Source of the DNA: an uncultured virus (IMG/VR IMGVR_UViG_3300044644_002613)
Lineage: Duplodnaviria; Heunggongvirae; Uroviricota; Caudoviricetes
IMG/VR virus record: IMGVR_UViG_3300044644_002613
DNA: 64,000 bases
Reading direction: 5' to 3' (one strand)
Part shown: positions 39,672 through 50,366 of the stretch, piece by piece
How positions within the stretch are numbered: position 1 is the stretch's first letter
Layout: the number at the start of each line of letters is the position of its first letter
Translations under genes and position numbers: made by a program
The notes under the pieces: generated by a model
Databases searched by the model: none
What the model was told of the DNA's origin: nothing
Seen by the model: only the letters and a program-made list of their open reading frames with translations

Positions 39672-40140
39672 TTTGTGAAATTAAAATTCCATTTTGATGA
39701 TCTATTTCATGTTGATAGATGATAGCATTGAAATTATCAACATCTTCCTCAAATTCACTAATTACAAGCATCGGATCATTGTCAGAAACCAATAACTTTT
39801 TGCCTTTTATCTTGATTTTTTCAAATCTTTCAACTTCGTATCTTTGAAGATTTCCATTAGAATCCTTTAAAGATAGACATCCCTCAATGGACTTGAGCTT
39901 TTCTCCAAAGCCTTCATAACTACAATGAAAAAAATATTCATTTTTTTTAAAATTAATGATGACAAAAAAATCATATGGAATTCCAACTTGAACCGCTGAT
40001 AATCCTACCCCATTATTGTCGAGGCAAATTTGCTCCATATGCATCCCAAGTTTGTATAAATCCAAAAGATTATCAATTGGAGTTACACATGCCAGAGGAA
40101 TATCTTTGGTGTCTACTAATCGCAAAAACTTAAAGTCCAT
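39640..40140 (-). CDS. def: Peptide deformylase
   Basis: GVGLSAVQVG, EGCLS, QHEIDH. Confidence 0.93.
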   Translation of the reverse strand: MDFKFLRLVDTKDIPLACVTPIDNLLDLYKLGMHMEQICLDNNGVGLSAVQVGIPYDFFVIINFKKNEYFFHCSYEGFGEKLKSIEGCLSLKDSNGNLQRYEVERFEKIKIKGKKLLVSDNDPMLVISEFEEDVDNFNAIIYQHEIDHQNGILISQIGKPIYIHRN

Positions 40141-40141
40141 A

Positions 40142-40405
40142 TCAGTCCTTTAAAGATGATAAAGTTTTTATAATTAGCTCTACTCTTTGGTCGATCCAAC
40201 TCTTTAACATGTCTTTTTCTTTGCGAAGATCTTTTGGAATCTTCAAAACAACCATGTCAACATTATCCTCTTCATTTAAGAATTTGTCTGCTAAATCACG
40301 AATCAATTTAGAAACAGACACATCCCTTTTTTTTGCCACAATCTTTAGCCTGTCTTGGATATCTAAGTCCATAGACAAGCTCATGATATTAACTTTCTTA
40401 GCCAT
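40142..40405 (-). CDS. Ribbon-helix-helix DNA-binding protein
   Basis: MSLSMD..IQDRLKIVAKKRDVSVSKLIRD. Confidence 0.7.
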   Translation of the reverse strand: MAKKVNIMSLSMDLDIQDRLKIVAKKRDVSVSKLIRDLADKFLNEEDNVDMVVLKIPKDLRKEKDMLKSWIDQRVELIIKTLSSLKD

Positions 40406-40413
40406 AAAATCTC

Positions 40414-40704
40414 CTATACTTTTTTGTTTCTACGAAAAGGCTTATTATCTTTCTTTTCAGTTTTTCGATTAGGAAAATTTTCTCGCAACTTCATTTTAAG
40501 TCTTTGAAGTTCTGCATCTCTTTTCTTTTTTCTCTTTTTCCTAGACTCACTTTCATAAAACTCATGCTCTTTATAATCATGCAGAACCCCAGCATCTGTT
40601 ACTGCTTTTTTAAAAGTTGCAAACATTCTTCTAAATGCAATTTCTCTTTCATCTCTAGAGCAATTTGGATGCATATCCCTTAGTTCCACTCTTACATTTC
40701 TCAT
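40414..40704 (-). CDS. rpsU: Ribosomal protein bS21 (phage-encoded)
   Basis: FKKAVTDAGVLHDYKEHEFYESESRKKRKKKR. Confidence 0.85.
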   Translation of the reverse strand: MRNVRVELRDMHPNCSRDEREIAFRRMFATFKKAVTDAGVLHDYKEHEFYESESRKKRKKKRDAELQRLKMKLRENFPNRKTEKKDNKPFRRNKKV

Positions 40705-40713
40705 AAAAACACC

Positions 40714-41850
40714 TTAATCCCTATTTATTTTAAATAATTTTTTACCCAACTTTATGGTTTCTATAGTTCTAACGCTTTCTTTATAGGAAACCTTTTTCCA
40801 ACTTTCAGAAGTTGTTGGCCATAATTCACGATCTAATTCTGGTAGGAATTTATTTAATCGATTAACTATGTTCTGCAAAATATCACCATTCCAACTTTGA
40901 ATATTTCCATCTTTTATAATAGTAGAAAATGTAAAAATATATTGCTTTGGTAATTCTGAAGCGCACATATCATCACATTCGTATTCTTTAAGATTGTTAA
41001 ATCTCGATCTTTCATCAATACATAAAAATGGAGTTCTAGCCATTATTGCAAATCGTGATATGCCATTAAAAATATCCAGAACACATCCACTTAATCTCAT
41101 CGCAGAAAGAATCTTACTTATATCTTTATCATTTATAAAAAGACAAGAATCTAAAAGTTCTGAAGATATGTCATATGTAAAATTATTTTGCCATATTATT
41201 GGAACAAAATTTTCACTTATTAGTTTTTTAGCAAGCTGTATATAAAAATCTTTAGTTGCTTTAAAGTTTCTAGATTTGCCATTATGCCACTGTTTGCAAT
41301 AAATAGTTGGAGAAAACAAAACTTTAAATCCCGCCATCAAATTTGCTTGTTTTGTAAATTCTTTTCCCAATATAGAAGACGAAGGAACAAAAGGTAGAAA
41401 TGTTTCTATTGGATTGCTAGAAAATTCTTTTTTAAACCCTTTATTACAAGGCAAAAAAACATCTTTAATATCAATTACACTTCTAAAAAACTCATTCAAA
41501 TTTCTTGTGTAAATACTTGCAATGTCTGATGTGTTTTGAAACCCATCAGATTTCTCATACATTCTTGATAATTGAGATTCATCCGAAAATCCCCAATACT
41601 CATCAACATAAGGAAACAAACTTGCATTGCCTGGCCAAGAACATAAAATGAAATATCTACTAGATTTAAATTGTTTCTTGTAATTGTGCAAAAGAAAAGA
41701 AGATAACAAAAATGTATTTCTATAATCACCAAAAAAAGGAAGAACACAAATGTCATTAAATTCTGTAGGAATATTATTTTCATGGTATCTTTCTCTTTCA
41801 TAGCCGTTTCTATGGGAGGCTCTTTTTAAGAAATCTGATACTGAGTTCAA
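40714..41850 (-). CDS. GT-B fold (GT9/heptosyltransferase-like) protein
   Basis: PFFGD, SLFPYVDEYWG, FYIQLAKKL, GISRFAIMARTPF. Confidence 0.55.
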   Translation of the reverse strand: MNSVSDFLKRASHRNGYERERYHENNIPTEFNDICVLPFFGDYRNTFLLSSFLLHNYKKQFKSSRYFILCSWPGNASLFPYVDEYWGFSDESQLSRMYEKSDGFQNTSDIASIYTRNLNEFFRSVIDIKDVFLPCNKGFKKEFSSNPIETFLPFVPSSSILGKEFTKQANLMAGFKVLFSPTIYCKQWHNGKSRNFKATKDFYIQLAKKLISENFVPIIWQNNFTYDISSELLDSCLFINDKDISKILSAMRLSGCVLDIFNGISRFAIMARTPFLCIDERSRFNNLKEYECDDMCASELPKQYIFTFSTIIKDGNIQSWNGDILQNIVNRLNKFLPELDRELWPTTSESWKKVSYKESVRTIETIKLGKKLFKINRD

Positions 41851-42978
41851 TTTTTACCCCACCAATAATTTAACTTCTTCATATTTCCCTCTACAACAGG
41901 TTTGTTGTCTACCATACCTACTATAGTTTCAAAATTTTTATTTATAATTTCATTTATAGATTGTTCACAATATAAAATGCCAGTTTCTTCGTTTTCTGCT
42001 AAATTTTGGAAGTTGGCAATTACTATTTTCTTTTTGTCATAATCAGTCGTTAGAACAATTCTCATTCCTTCTTGGCCATTTCCAACAAGCTGATCAGCAC
42101 TCTCAAATAATATCCATGGAGTTTTCACCATAGATGCCAAACGAGTGGAAGCTGTATAAAACTGTATTGTAAAAATACACTGCGAAATAATAGCAAGCGT
42201 TAATTCTAAATCTCTTGATTCATCACGAGTAGTAAAATCAAGAATTGTTGGATCTGGACACTTGTGAACGCTTTGTTTTTCTCCCATCCAAATTGGGTTA
42301 TATCCCATTCTTCTTAATAGATTTATAAGCTTTACATAAAAATTAATCGATAAATTTCTGCCGTATCTAGTTCTATTTCTTGCAAATATGGCAACTGTAT
42401 TTTCCTTCAATAGTGACTTGGCATAATTTTTCTTTTCTTGTGTAGGATCTGGAATTTTCCATAATCTCTTCTTACTTGCTTCTAAATCGCCAAAAAGTGG
42501 CCTCACAAGATTACTACTTTTGCACTTATCGCAAACTGCATTTATATGTTCCTTTGTGTAAAAAAAACTATTACATGCAACACAATAATATTCAACGCAC
42601 AACTTAGACATCATTCCAGCACAAACGACTTTTCCTTGTTGTCCAAGCTTTATTTCTAAATTTGATAGGTTTCTACTCTCGGTTCTAAAAGCATCCGCAT
42701 ATTCTCTCAACCATTGATATTCTTCTTTTAATTCCCAATATTCATCAGCAATTTTACTGTATAAAAAAGATCTTCCGTACCAACCAACAACTATCACATA
42801 ACAATCAGGATTGCGATGTATTATTTGAGGAATACAATATGTTATTCCTATAGTCTCTACGCCAAATTCATAAAATGCTGGTATGAATATTATTTTTCTG
42901 TTGTCGTTTGGTTTTTTTCTATTGTTAAACTTATGAACATGAAATGTGAGTTCATCTATTTTTTTCTCTGGAAGCATT
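41847..42978 (-). CDS. GT-B fold (GT9-like) protein, paralog of its neighbour, with a zinc-ribbon insert; start approximate
   Basis: EFGVE, ADEYWEL, CVAC..CDKC, FYVKLINLL, ASTRLASMVKTPW. Confidence 0.55.
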
Positions 42979-43015
42979 TTACTTCTGCTTCCAGTCGCAT
43001 AAGCATAAGGCTTAA

Positions 43016-43198
43016 CTAAGATAAGTTTCTTATTGGCATTTGTTTTGCAGTGTAACCGCATTTTGGACATCTGAATTTCCTGAATTGTTTGCATTTAGCA
43101 CACGATTTATATTCAAATAAATCCTTAGTGTCGTCAGGATTAATTACAACTCTTGACCAACTGCACTTGACACATTTTATTATATTATTATTAGCCAT
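43016..43198 (-). CDS. Small zinc-finger protein
   Basis: CVKC...CAKC...CPKCG. Confidence 0.65.
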   Translation of the reverse strand: MANNNIIKCVKCSWSRVVINPDDTKDLFEYKSCAKCKQFRKFRCPKCGYTAKQMPIRNLS

Positions 43199-43616
43199 AG
43201 ACCAACTTATTATACTTTAGCCATTCTGAAAATTTAATGTCTTTTCCGTTTTGTTTAAAAATAATTTCAATCGTATAATCAAAATCATTCTTATCAACTA
43301 TCAACAACATAGGACATTCTATGCTATTTAATAGATTTATAATTTTGTTTTTTGAATCTGATTTTATTTTGCAATTTAAATGTCCATCTATACAAACAAA
43401 TTCATCTTTTGACAAAAATGTAACTTCGTATCTGTCGGTAGTAATTATTTTAATTTTTTTTATAATATGCATCGTTTTAGGATGCATATTATTTTTGTCT
43501 TGATGAGAAAATTGATTTCTAATAAATAAAAATGAAAAAATAAATAAAATAAAGAAAAAAATAAAACAAAGTATTATGTTTTTTTTAGTCATTTTTTTTG
43601 AATTTTTTTCCATCAC
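43191..43616 (-). CDS. Membrane-anchored hypothetical protein
   Basis: N-terminal transmembrane helix. Confidence 0.55.
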   Translation of the reverse strand: MMEKNSKKMTKKNIILCFIFFFILFIFSFLFIRNQFSHQDKNNMHPKTMHIIKKIKIITTDRYEVTFLSKDEFVCIDGHLNCKIKSDSKNKIINLLNSIECPMLLIVDKNDFDYTIEIIFKQNGKDIKFSEWLKYNKLVYG

Positions 43617-44163
43617 TCAATTTATTTCCATTCAAAATATCACTTAATTTATCAATTTCATTTGTGATATTTTCAATTGATTTTTCAATTTTACTTACAT
43701 TTTTTCCAAAAACCTCATCTCCCAACATCTTGTCTTGAAGATCATGAAGTTGTTTTTTCAATTTATCCAAAGAATCAAGTTCTTTTCCAGAACTGAAGTT
43801 GTTAACTGGCTTCAATTCGGTATCTTTACCAATTGAATCAGGATAAACTGGGTTTTGAGCATTAGCTGATTTTTTTACATTATCTTTTATTTTTTTTTTA
43901 GAGGGATTCTTTTCTTCGTTTAGAATACTTTGATTTCTAGGATCAAAATGATCATTCATGGTTCTCATGACATCATTCCATTGCCCCATATCATCTTGAT
44001 TAATCTCAGTGTCAAAAACATTTGGCATTTGGCCAAAGAAATTAACTTGTTTGCTATCTCTTTCAGAAGCAGCTTGAGCATCAGATTTTCCAAAAATATT
44101 TTGAGCTTGAGCTTTATCCCATATTTTGGTTAACCTAGCTAGATCGTCACGCATATCAGACAT
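43585..44163 (-). CDS. Hypothetical coiled-coil protein
   Basis: Start at MSDMRDD after GGAG. Confidence 0.65.
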   Translation of the reverse strand: MSDMRDDLARLTKIWDKAQAQNIFGKSDAQAASERDSKQVNFFGQMPNVFDTEINQDDMGQWNDVMRTMNDHFDPRNQSILNEEKNPSKKKIKDNVKKSANAQNPVYPDSIGKDTELKPVNNFSSGKELDSLDKLKKQLHDLQDKMLGDEVFGKNVSKIEKSIENITNEIDKLSDILNGNKLSDGKKFKKND

Positions 44164-44287
44164 TTTTATTTTCTCCATTAGTTTGACCAAATAATTTCTG
44201 TACTAAATTTTTTACCCATATTGGTTGTGGTAAAAAGTTCCAACCTATAATTAGGCCAGCAACAAAAAATAAAGCATATATTAACAT
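44156..44287 (-). CDS. Unannotated 43-aa membrane peptide
   Basis: MLIYALFFVAGLIIGWNFLPQPIWVKNLVQKLFGQTNGENKNV; AGGAAGG RBS. Confidence 0.7.
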   Translation of the reverse strand: MLIYALFFVAGLIIGWNFLPQPIWVKNLVQKLFGQTNGENKNV

Positions 44288-44370
44288 TAAAAATACCTTC
44301 CTTTTATTTCACTTATATATCTAGTTTTTTTCAAGTAATTCTGATAAAATAAAGAAATAAGGAGAAAAAT

Positions 44371-45318
44371 ATGCCTCATCCATACATGGCCTTTAGTATT
44401 GAAGAGTGTGAAAGATTAAGTTTACTTCCCCAAAAAAACACTTTAATCATGGCAACATCACAAAGTTCCATGGATATATTTATGCTTTCTGTTTTTAGCA
44501 TACTCCTAAGAAGCAACCCAGAAAAACTCGAACATCTAATGGTATGCATAAACGGAGCAGATAAAAGATGTGGCGATCCAAAACTTCAAGATATAAAACA
44601 AAATTTCTTAGAAGAATTAAGAAATATGAAATGGAACGGCAGAGATATGCCACTTACTGTAATTCGTGCATGGAGTCGCATTGGACATTCTCATTCTTTA
44701 GAAATGGCAATTCCTTGGGTTCATACTGAGTTTTATACAATTATTCACGATGATGTCATTATCTTGCGTAAAGAATGGTGCGAAGAAGCAATTGAAAGTT
44801 TAAATGAACCAAAAGCAGCAATCTGCTATTTTCCACCTTTACTAAATGCTGGAGTTCTAAAGAAAATTTATAAAAACAAATGGATCTTAGAATTACCACA
44901 TATAAATAGTGCTTTTTTAGTTTGTAAAAAATCTTCTTTAGTTGAAAGCGGAGCAAAATGGATTGGATATCATTTTGAACATGAATTTAATCTTTATGAT
45001 CGTGTAGATATCAAAAAATTCTTAGATCATCATTATGAATTAAATAATATTCAAAGTTTTCCAGTAATCGAAAAGCCATATTCTGGTGTTAGTATGGATA
45101 TTGGATCTTGGGTTTACAATAATCTATTGGAGAACAAATGTGAATTTATTCCAATGGAAAAAAATACAGCAGTGCATCTTACATGTATGAGTTGGCAAAG
45201 TGATGAATTTAAAAATGAAAGAATTTCAATTTATAAAGATGAAATAAAATCAATTCACGAAGAAATAAAGAAAAACGAAAATTTCTTCTTACTTTTTGAG
45301 AAATATAAAAATGCCTAA
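44371..45318 (+). CDS. Glycosyltransferase (GT-A/GT2-like)
   Basis: IGHSHSLE, IIHDDVII, MDIGSW. Confidence 0.7.
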   Translation: MPHPYMAFSIEECERLSLLPQKNTLIMATSQSSMDIFMLSVFSILLRSNPEKLEHLMVCINGADKRCGDPKLQDIKQNFLEELRNMKWNGRDMPLTVIRAWSRIGHSHSLEMAIPWVHTEFYTIIHDDVIILRKEWCEEAIESLNEPKAAICYFPPLLNAGVLKKIYKNKWILELPHINSAFLVCKKSSLVESGAKWIGYHFEHEFNLYDRVDIKKFLDHHYELNNIQSFPVIEKPYSGVSMDIGSWVYNNLLENKCEFIPMEKNTAVHLTCMSWQSDEFKNERISIYKDEIKSIHEEIKKNENFFLLFEKYKNA

Positions 45319-46078
45319 TCCAATACTTAACATAATTACCGCTGTAAGCCGTGAATTAAATCTTTATTATATTGAATATGAACTAAAAAAAATAAAAAAT
45401 CTAGATATAAGATGGTATCTTATATTTGATGGAATTTTAATGACATCACTTAAAATACCAAAAGATATAAAATATTATTACGCAGAAATCTATAATGAAA
45501 AAAAAAGAGATTCTAGTGGTGCTGTACAAAAAAATATAGCATTATCTAAAATAACAGAAGGTTGGATTTATACATTAGATGATGACAATTCTATACATCC
45601 AAATTTCGAAAAAGAATTTTTAAATGCTACGAAAAAATATCCCAATAAAAAAGCCTTTGTTTTTTCACAAGTGAATTATAAAAACGAAATTATGATCAGT
45701 AGCAGGACAGTAAAACAAACAACAACAAAAATGCCATTTAAAAATTGGTTGGTTGATGCTGGTGGTTATGTGGTTCATTATGACCTTGTAAAAAAAACAA
45801 ATGCAAGATATCTTGAATTTACACATGAATCAGATAGACACTTTTGGAAATATATAGTAAAAAATTGCCTTGATGAAATAGAATTTATTGATAAAGAATT
45901 ATTTTTATATAACGCTCTAAGATACAAAAGGCATAACGAAGCACACATGAGTCACAATCCATACACCAAAGGAGAACAAAGGTATTTCCTTCATAAAATA
46001 AATAGTAAAAAACCTAATTATGAATTCCCAATATTTAAAGAAAAAATTAAAAGTAACAAAAAATATATATCAATTTAA
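45311..46078 (+). CDS. Glycosyltransferase family 2-like
   Basis: IITAVSR, KNIAL, YTLDDDN, SDRHF. Confidence 0.75.
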   Translation: MPNPILNIITAVSRELNLYYIEYELKKIKNLDIRWYLIFDGILMTSLKIPKDIKYYYAEIYNEKKRDSSGAVQKNIALSKITEGWIYTLDDDNSIHPNFEKEFLNATKKYPNKKAFVFSQVNYKNEIMISSRTVKQTTTKMPFKNWLVDAGGYVVHYDLVKKTNARYLEFTHESDRHFWKYIVKNCLDEIEFIDKELFLYNALRYKRHNEAHMSHNPYTKGEQRYFLHKINSKKPNYEFPIFKEKIKSNKKYISI

Positions 46079-46084
46079 AAAATA

Positions 46085-46678
46085 TCAAGTTTTTTGTGTG
46101 CTTTTCATCTCTGGTACAAGTAATTGACTCAGAATAAGATCATTAATTTCTTTATCACCAAATTGTTTGTACCAACCTCTTTTCTTACCAGTATAAACAG
46201 TATTTCCGTTTAAAAAATACTCAATAGCCGTTTTGCTTTTAAGGGCATAAGAATCACTAAATAAAGCTTCTTTAAAATTGTTTAGGCCAATGTCGAAAGA
46301 GCATGATGATCTCATTAAAATCGTAAATAACGACCTTCTCATGGCGTAACGCAACCACCACTTAGAAGGCTTAACATATAAAATAGATTTTTTTTGCGTT
46401 GGCCCAAATATCGTTCTTCTGTCAAGATTAAGTTTCTCTTCGATTTTATCAAAAAAAACTGAGATTGATTTATTTCTTGCTACAGGATGAGAATAAAAAA
46501 ATATTTTGGCATTGTGCATCTGATTATGCCATATCTCACGACAATTATACCAAGTTGACACAACATATCTTCCATCGTTATACGATCTTGGCTTGCCAAA
46601 AGAGCCAATAGCTGGACGATATATGGAATCTACATAAATCATATCACCAAAATTATTCATTTTGCTTTTTCTCATCAA
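46085..46678 (-). CDS. Hypothetical protein, paralog of 20343..20999
   Basis: WYNCRE, FFYSH, PSKWW, RSLFTILMR, YTGK, GWY. Confidence 0.7.
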   Translation of the reverse strand: MMRKSKMNNFGDMIYVDSIYRPAIGSFGKPRSYNDGRYVVSTWYNCREIWHNQMHNAKIFFYSHPVARNKSISVFFDKIEEKLNLDRRTIFGPTQKKSILYVKPSKWWLRYAMRRSLFTILMRSSCSFDIGLNNFKEALFSDSYALKSKTAIEYFLNGNTVYTGKKRGWYKQFGDKEINDLILSQLLVPEMKSTQKT

Positions 46679-47129
46679 GACTATCTACAACCTTTGTGGT
46701 CATTTTACATCTGTTTTTATCAGCATCTAAAAATTCGTCTAAATTTTTAACACTTATAAGCGACCAATGAGGATCATCCAATGGAACATATTCTTTTTTT
46801 GTGTAATAAAATGATTCCATTGTATACCTATAAACTTTATTCTCAACCTCTTCATCGGTCATACCACCAATTAAATCTTCACAAACTTCTTTACAAATTT
46901 TAATCGCATCTTGGTCTGTTGCACATCCTAACTTTCTCATAACTTGAACGGCAGCAAGTGCTTTATCTTTTTGCAAAAGATCTATAATGTTTTTTTTCAT
47001 CATACCATCAATGAAATCTGCCCTTGCCATAAAACGAGCCATAATCTGACCTCGCTTTGGAGCAAATCTCCTCACATCAAAAAAATACTGCTCAAAGTTT
47101 TTTTCGTCAATAATCAATTCTTCAGACAT
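46653..47129 (-). CDS. Hypothetical protein coupled to the end of dnaE-C
   Basis: MSEELII start after GAGG. Confidence 0.65.
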   Translation of the reverse strand: MSEELIIDEKNFEQYFFDVRRFAPKRGQIMARFMARADFIDGMMKKNIIDLLQKDKALAAVQVMRKLGCATDQDAIKICKEVCEDLIGGMTDEEVENKVYRYTMESFYYTKKEYVPLDDPHWSLISVKNLDEFLDADKNRCKMTTKVVDSLDEKKQNE

Positions 47130-49863
47130 TTTTTTCCTCTTTTGCATAATTTGAAAACTGTTCTAAAATTTCTTCTTCAGATAAATATTTATCTTCTTCA
47201 ACTTCAGCAGGTTTCATCAAATATACCCTATAATCAGTTTCCTTCGTTGGAAACTTATAGACCCATCTTTGATTAGGCAATTTTTTATTTTGCTCTAATG
47301 TGTATGTTGGAAACCCTTTATCTGGTGGCTGTAATCTTAATCTAACTAAGTTACCTTGTTCTAATTCTGAACCCCATCTTTTAAGATCGTCTTCCCAAAT
47401 GTTTATTTTATTTTTTTCTCCCAAAGCATCTTCTACCTCCAATTGACAATAAGTTGTTCCTTTTTTACTTTTACACATTTTTTTAACAACTATTTCTACT
47501 TCAACTGGACAAATAACACCAATGTTTTCTTTGAATGCTTCGAATGTGTAACCTTTAAAATCCTTGCTCTTTTCCAAATTATGAGTCCAAGCAAATCCAT
47601 AATACTTCATTTCACAAGCTACAATGCTTTTAAGTTCCTTTTCAAAATTTGGATCAATTTCATAATCATTAGGATTAAATGCTTCGATAGTAGGTAACAA
47701 TAATTTTTTAGACTCTTCAAGTCTTTCGATGCTTTTTAAATTTCTAACCCAAAGCTTTTTTAATTCCTTTAACCTATTGAACACTTTATTAGTCTTTGTG
47801 ATTTTATAATATCTTGTTTTTTGAACTTCAATAAAATCTTCAGTTCCTTCAATTGGAACATAAGTAATTTCCAATTTAGGTTCACCCTGACCCTTTTCAC
47901 ATTCGAATTTTCTTTCTGATTCTACCATTTCATTTACATCGTATTTTTCCCACTCGTCACCATCAAATGGATTAGCTCCATGAAAACTATTCAACAATCT
48001 TGTCTCGTCAGGAAAAAGCTCTTTAAATTCTTCTTCGTATTGCGACATACTAACAGCGAATCTTTTCTTTTTATCTTCTATCTTTCTCGCACATTCTTTG
48101 TAGTGTTCGTAAAATTTCCACAATGTGATTGGATCAGATTCATTAAAACACCTCAATCCAATCAAGCATTTTATAACACTAGCATCTGTGCCAAACTTAA
48201 AAAGAAAATCTCCAAATCCATTATATGGTTGACCAGAAACAATTTTTTCCGCTGGTGCTTCTCCAACACCCTTTATATTTGACAAGCCATAATAAATAAC
48301 ATCATCTATAAGCTCAAAATTTTTCTTAGACTTATTGATGTCAATCTTGTGCATCTCTATGTTGTGTCTTTTTGCTTCCATTTTATAGTCTTTAATCTTT
48401 TCGCTTAATGTTTCACAACTTAAAACGGCAGCATAAAACTCATGAGGATAATGAGCCTTTAAATATAATAGACGAGAAGATACATAAGTGTATGCTACGG
48501 AATGACTTAGGTTGAATCCGTATTCTGCGAATGATTTTATCTGATCGAATAAATTGATTGCTTCTTCTTCAGATATGTTAAGATTTTTTTGACCTTTCTC
48601 TATGAACATAATTTCATATTTTTTAAAAGCCTCCGCTTTCTTTTTTGAAATAGCCTTTCTAACAATTTCACAATCTCTGAATGGTATTTCTCCAACAACA
48701 TTCAAAATTTTCATAATTTGCTCTTGGAAAACCATAACTCCATAAGTTTTTCCAAGAATAGGTTCAACAAGAGGATGCAAACTATATTCTTCGTTGCCCT
48801 TCTTCCTCTCAATATATCTTTCGTGCATTTTCATGTTCAAAGGGCCAGGCCTATAAAGAGCAGTGTATGCAACCAAATCCTCAAATGAATCAACCCCACC
48901 AGACCTAACTAATTTTCTAATGCCTTCCGAATCAAATTGAAAAATACATTTTAAATCGCCTTCATTTGCCATCTCTAGAGCTTTAGAATCATTACGCCAT
49001 TTGATGATATCTGTCCAATCAGATTGGTTTGGCATGGCACAAATACTATCAATTGACTTTCTTCTTTTTACCAATTCACAACATTTACTGATTTGCATCA
49101 AATTAGAAATTACAAGTAAATCAAACTTAACCAATCCTACTGGTTGTAAATCTTGACCATTAAGACCTTCAACCCATGCAGATGCTTGTGGATTGTCTTT
49201 TCTCTTAACCAATGGAACAAGATCGTGTAGTGGAATAGAACTTATAATCAAACCACCAGCATGTTGGCCCATACCTCTATTTCTATTTATAAGTCTTTTG
49301 GCTGCGTTTGATACATCTGGATACTTTTCACAATACTCTTTCAATTTTGGATATTGTGATAGTGCCACATCCCAAGTCAATGGTTTTCCCTCATCATCTT
49401 TTGCTTCAAGCTCTTTTGTAAGTTCAAGTATTTCTCCTCTTGCCTCTCCATGGACTCTAGCCATATCAATCAAAGCACTCTTCATGCCAAATGTTGTGTA
49501 ATTGCCAATATTGCAAACATATTCTTCGCCAAATGTTTCAGAAGCCCACTTGTTTTTCAAATAATCTCTAACTTCAGAAAGATAATCGACATCAATATCT
49601 GGCATATCTCCTTGAACAAACTTAGGATCTTTATTGATATCAAAATCATCAACTATGCCCAAAATGTATGGAACTAAGATATTATTTTCATTCTTGGGGA
49701 ATTTTTTCTTTTCTTTAAATAAATTCAAAAAATATTCTGACTTTCCTTGAATGTCAATTTCTTTAATTTCCCACTCAAGTCTTTTTTTATGCTTTTCACA
49801 TAATTGTCTTCTTTTAAAGATGTGCCATAAAAGCTGTTCGATTTTTTGAACTGTCGTTAACAT
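47122..49863 (-). CDS. dnaE: DNA polymerase III alpha, C-terminal part (catalytic palm, fingers, HhH, OB)
   Basis: MPDIDVD, HAGGLII, GLVKFDLL, IFQF, ALYRPGPL, TYGVMVFQEQIM, YGFNLSHSVAY, GLSNIKGVG. Confidence 0.95.
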   Translation of the reverse strand: MLTTVQKIEQLLWHIFKRRQLCEKHKKRLEWEIKEIDIQGKSEYFLNLFKEKKKFPKNENNILVPYILGIVDDFDINKDPKFVQGDMPDIDVDYLSEVRDYLKNKWASETFGEEYVCNIGNYTTFGMKSALIDMARVHGEARGEILELTKELEAKDDEGKPLTWDVALSQYPKLKEYCEKYPDVSNAAKRLINRNRGMGQHAGGLIISSIPLHDLVPLVKRKDNPQASAWVEGLNGQDLQPVGLVKFDLLVISNLMQISKCCELVKRRKSIDSICAMPNQSDWTDIIKWRNDSKALEMANEGDLKCIFQFDSEGIRKLVRSGGVDSFEDLVAYTALYRPGPLNMKMHERYIERKKGNEEYSLHPLVEPILGKTYGVMVFQEQIMKILNVVGEIPFRDCEIVRKAISKKKAEAFKKYEIMFIEKGQKNLNISEEEAINLFDQIKSFAEYGFNLSHSVAYTYVSSRLLYLKAHYPHEFYAAVLSCETLSEKIKDYKMEAKRHNIEMHKIDINKSKKNFELIDDVIYYGLSNIKGVGEAPAEKIVSGQPYNGFGDFLFKFGTDASVIKCLIGLRCFNESDPITLWKFYEHYKECARKIEDKKKRFAVSMSQYEEEFKELFPDETRLLNSFHGANPFDGDEWEKYDVNEMVESERKFECEKGQGEPKLEITYVPIEGTEDFIEVQKTRYYKITKTNKVFNRLKELKKLWVRNLKSIERLEESKKLLLPTIEAFNPNDYEIDPNFEKELKSIVACEMKYYGFAWTHNLEKSKDFKGYTFEAFKENIGVICPVEVEIVVKKMCKSKKGTTYCQLEVEDALGEKNKINIWEDDLKRWGSELEQGNLVRLRLQPPDKGFPTYTLEQNKKLPNQRWVYKFPTKETDYRVYLMKPAEVEEDKYLSEEEILEQFSNYAKEEKNV

Positions 49864-49932
49864 GTTTTCGCCTTAAAATGAAAATTATTATATCACAATA
49901 TACTACATATAGCACAACGCAAAAGGGGAAAA

Positions 49933-50304
49933 ATGAACAACGAAATTGAAGAAATATTAAAATTATCTGGTGTATTTGTCGAACAAAAAACTGAAATTAC
50001 TTTAGATGAGTTTGCTAAAAAAAGGCACGATGGTGCAGAAAAAATAGCCAATAATGCCAAGGAAAAAGGTGGTATAGCACTTCTTACATATAGTCACTTT
50101 ATTGTAAAACTTCCATACTACAAGGAAGCTTCAAAAGGAAAATTTGATTTTAAAAAAGTAAAAAAAGAATATGAAAGCTTATGTTCTGAATTACATTCTT
50201 ATATGAATAAAATTGAAAATATTGATCCAACAAAATTTCAAAAGCTTGTCGGGAAAATTGAAGTCTTAGGCGAATTGCTAATTAGATACAAAGACACAAA
50301 ATGA
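49933..50304 (+). CDS. Hypothetical protein
   Basis: 123-aa ORF with RBS. Confidence 0.65.
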   Translation: MNNEIEEILKLSGVFVEQKTEITLDEFAKKRHDGAEKIANNAKEKGGIALLTYSHFIVKLPYYKEASKGKFDFKKVKKEYESLCSELHSYMNKIENIDPTKFQKLVGKIEVLGELLIRYKDTK

Positions 50305-50305
50305 A

Positions 50306-50337
50306 AAATGGAATATCAAATTTAATTGATATTCCAT
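50306..50337. terminator. Stem-loop between convergent genes
   Basis: atggaatatcaa / ttgatattccat. Confidence 0.6.
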
Positions 50338-50366
50338 ATTATCTGCTTGATATTTAATCTAAATGC

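Noticed and set aside
47650..48100. Large insertion in DnaE-C as a possible intein
   Set aside because: There is no N-terminal Cys/Ser block, no HN-nucleophile end and no endonuclease motif; it looks like a lineage-specific insertion.
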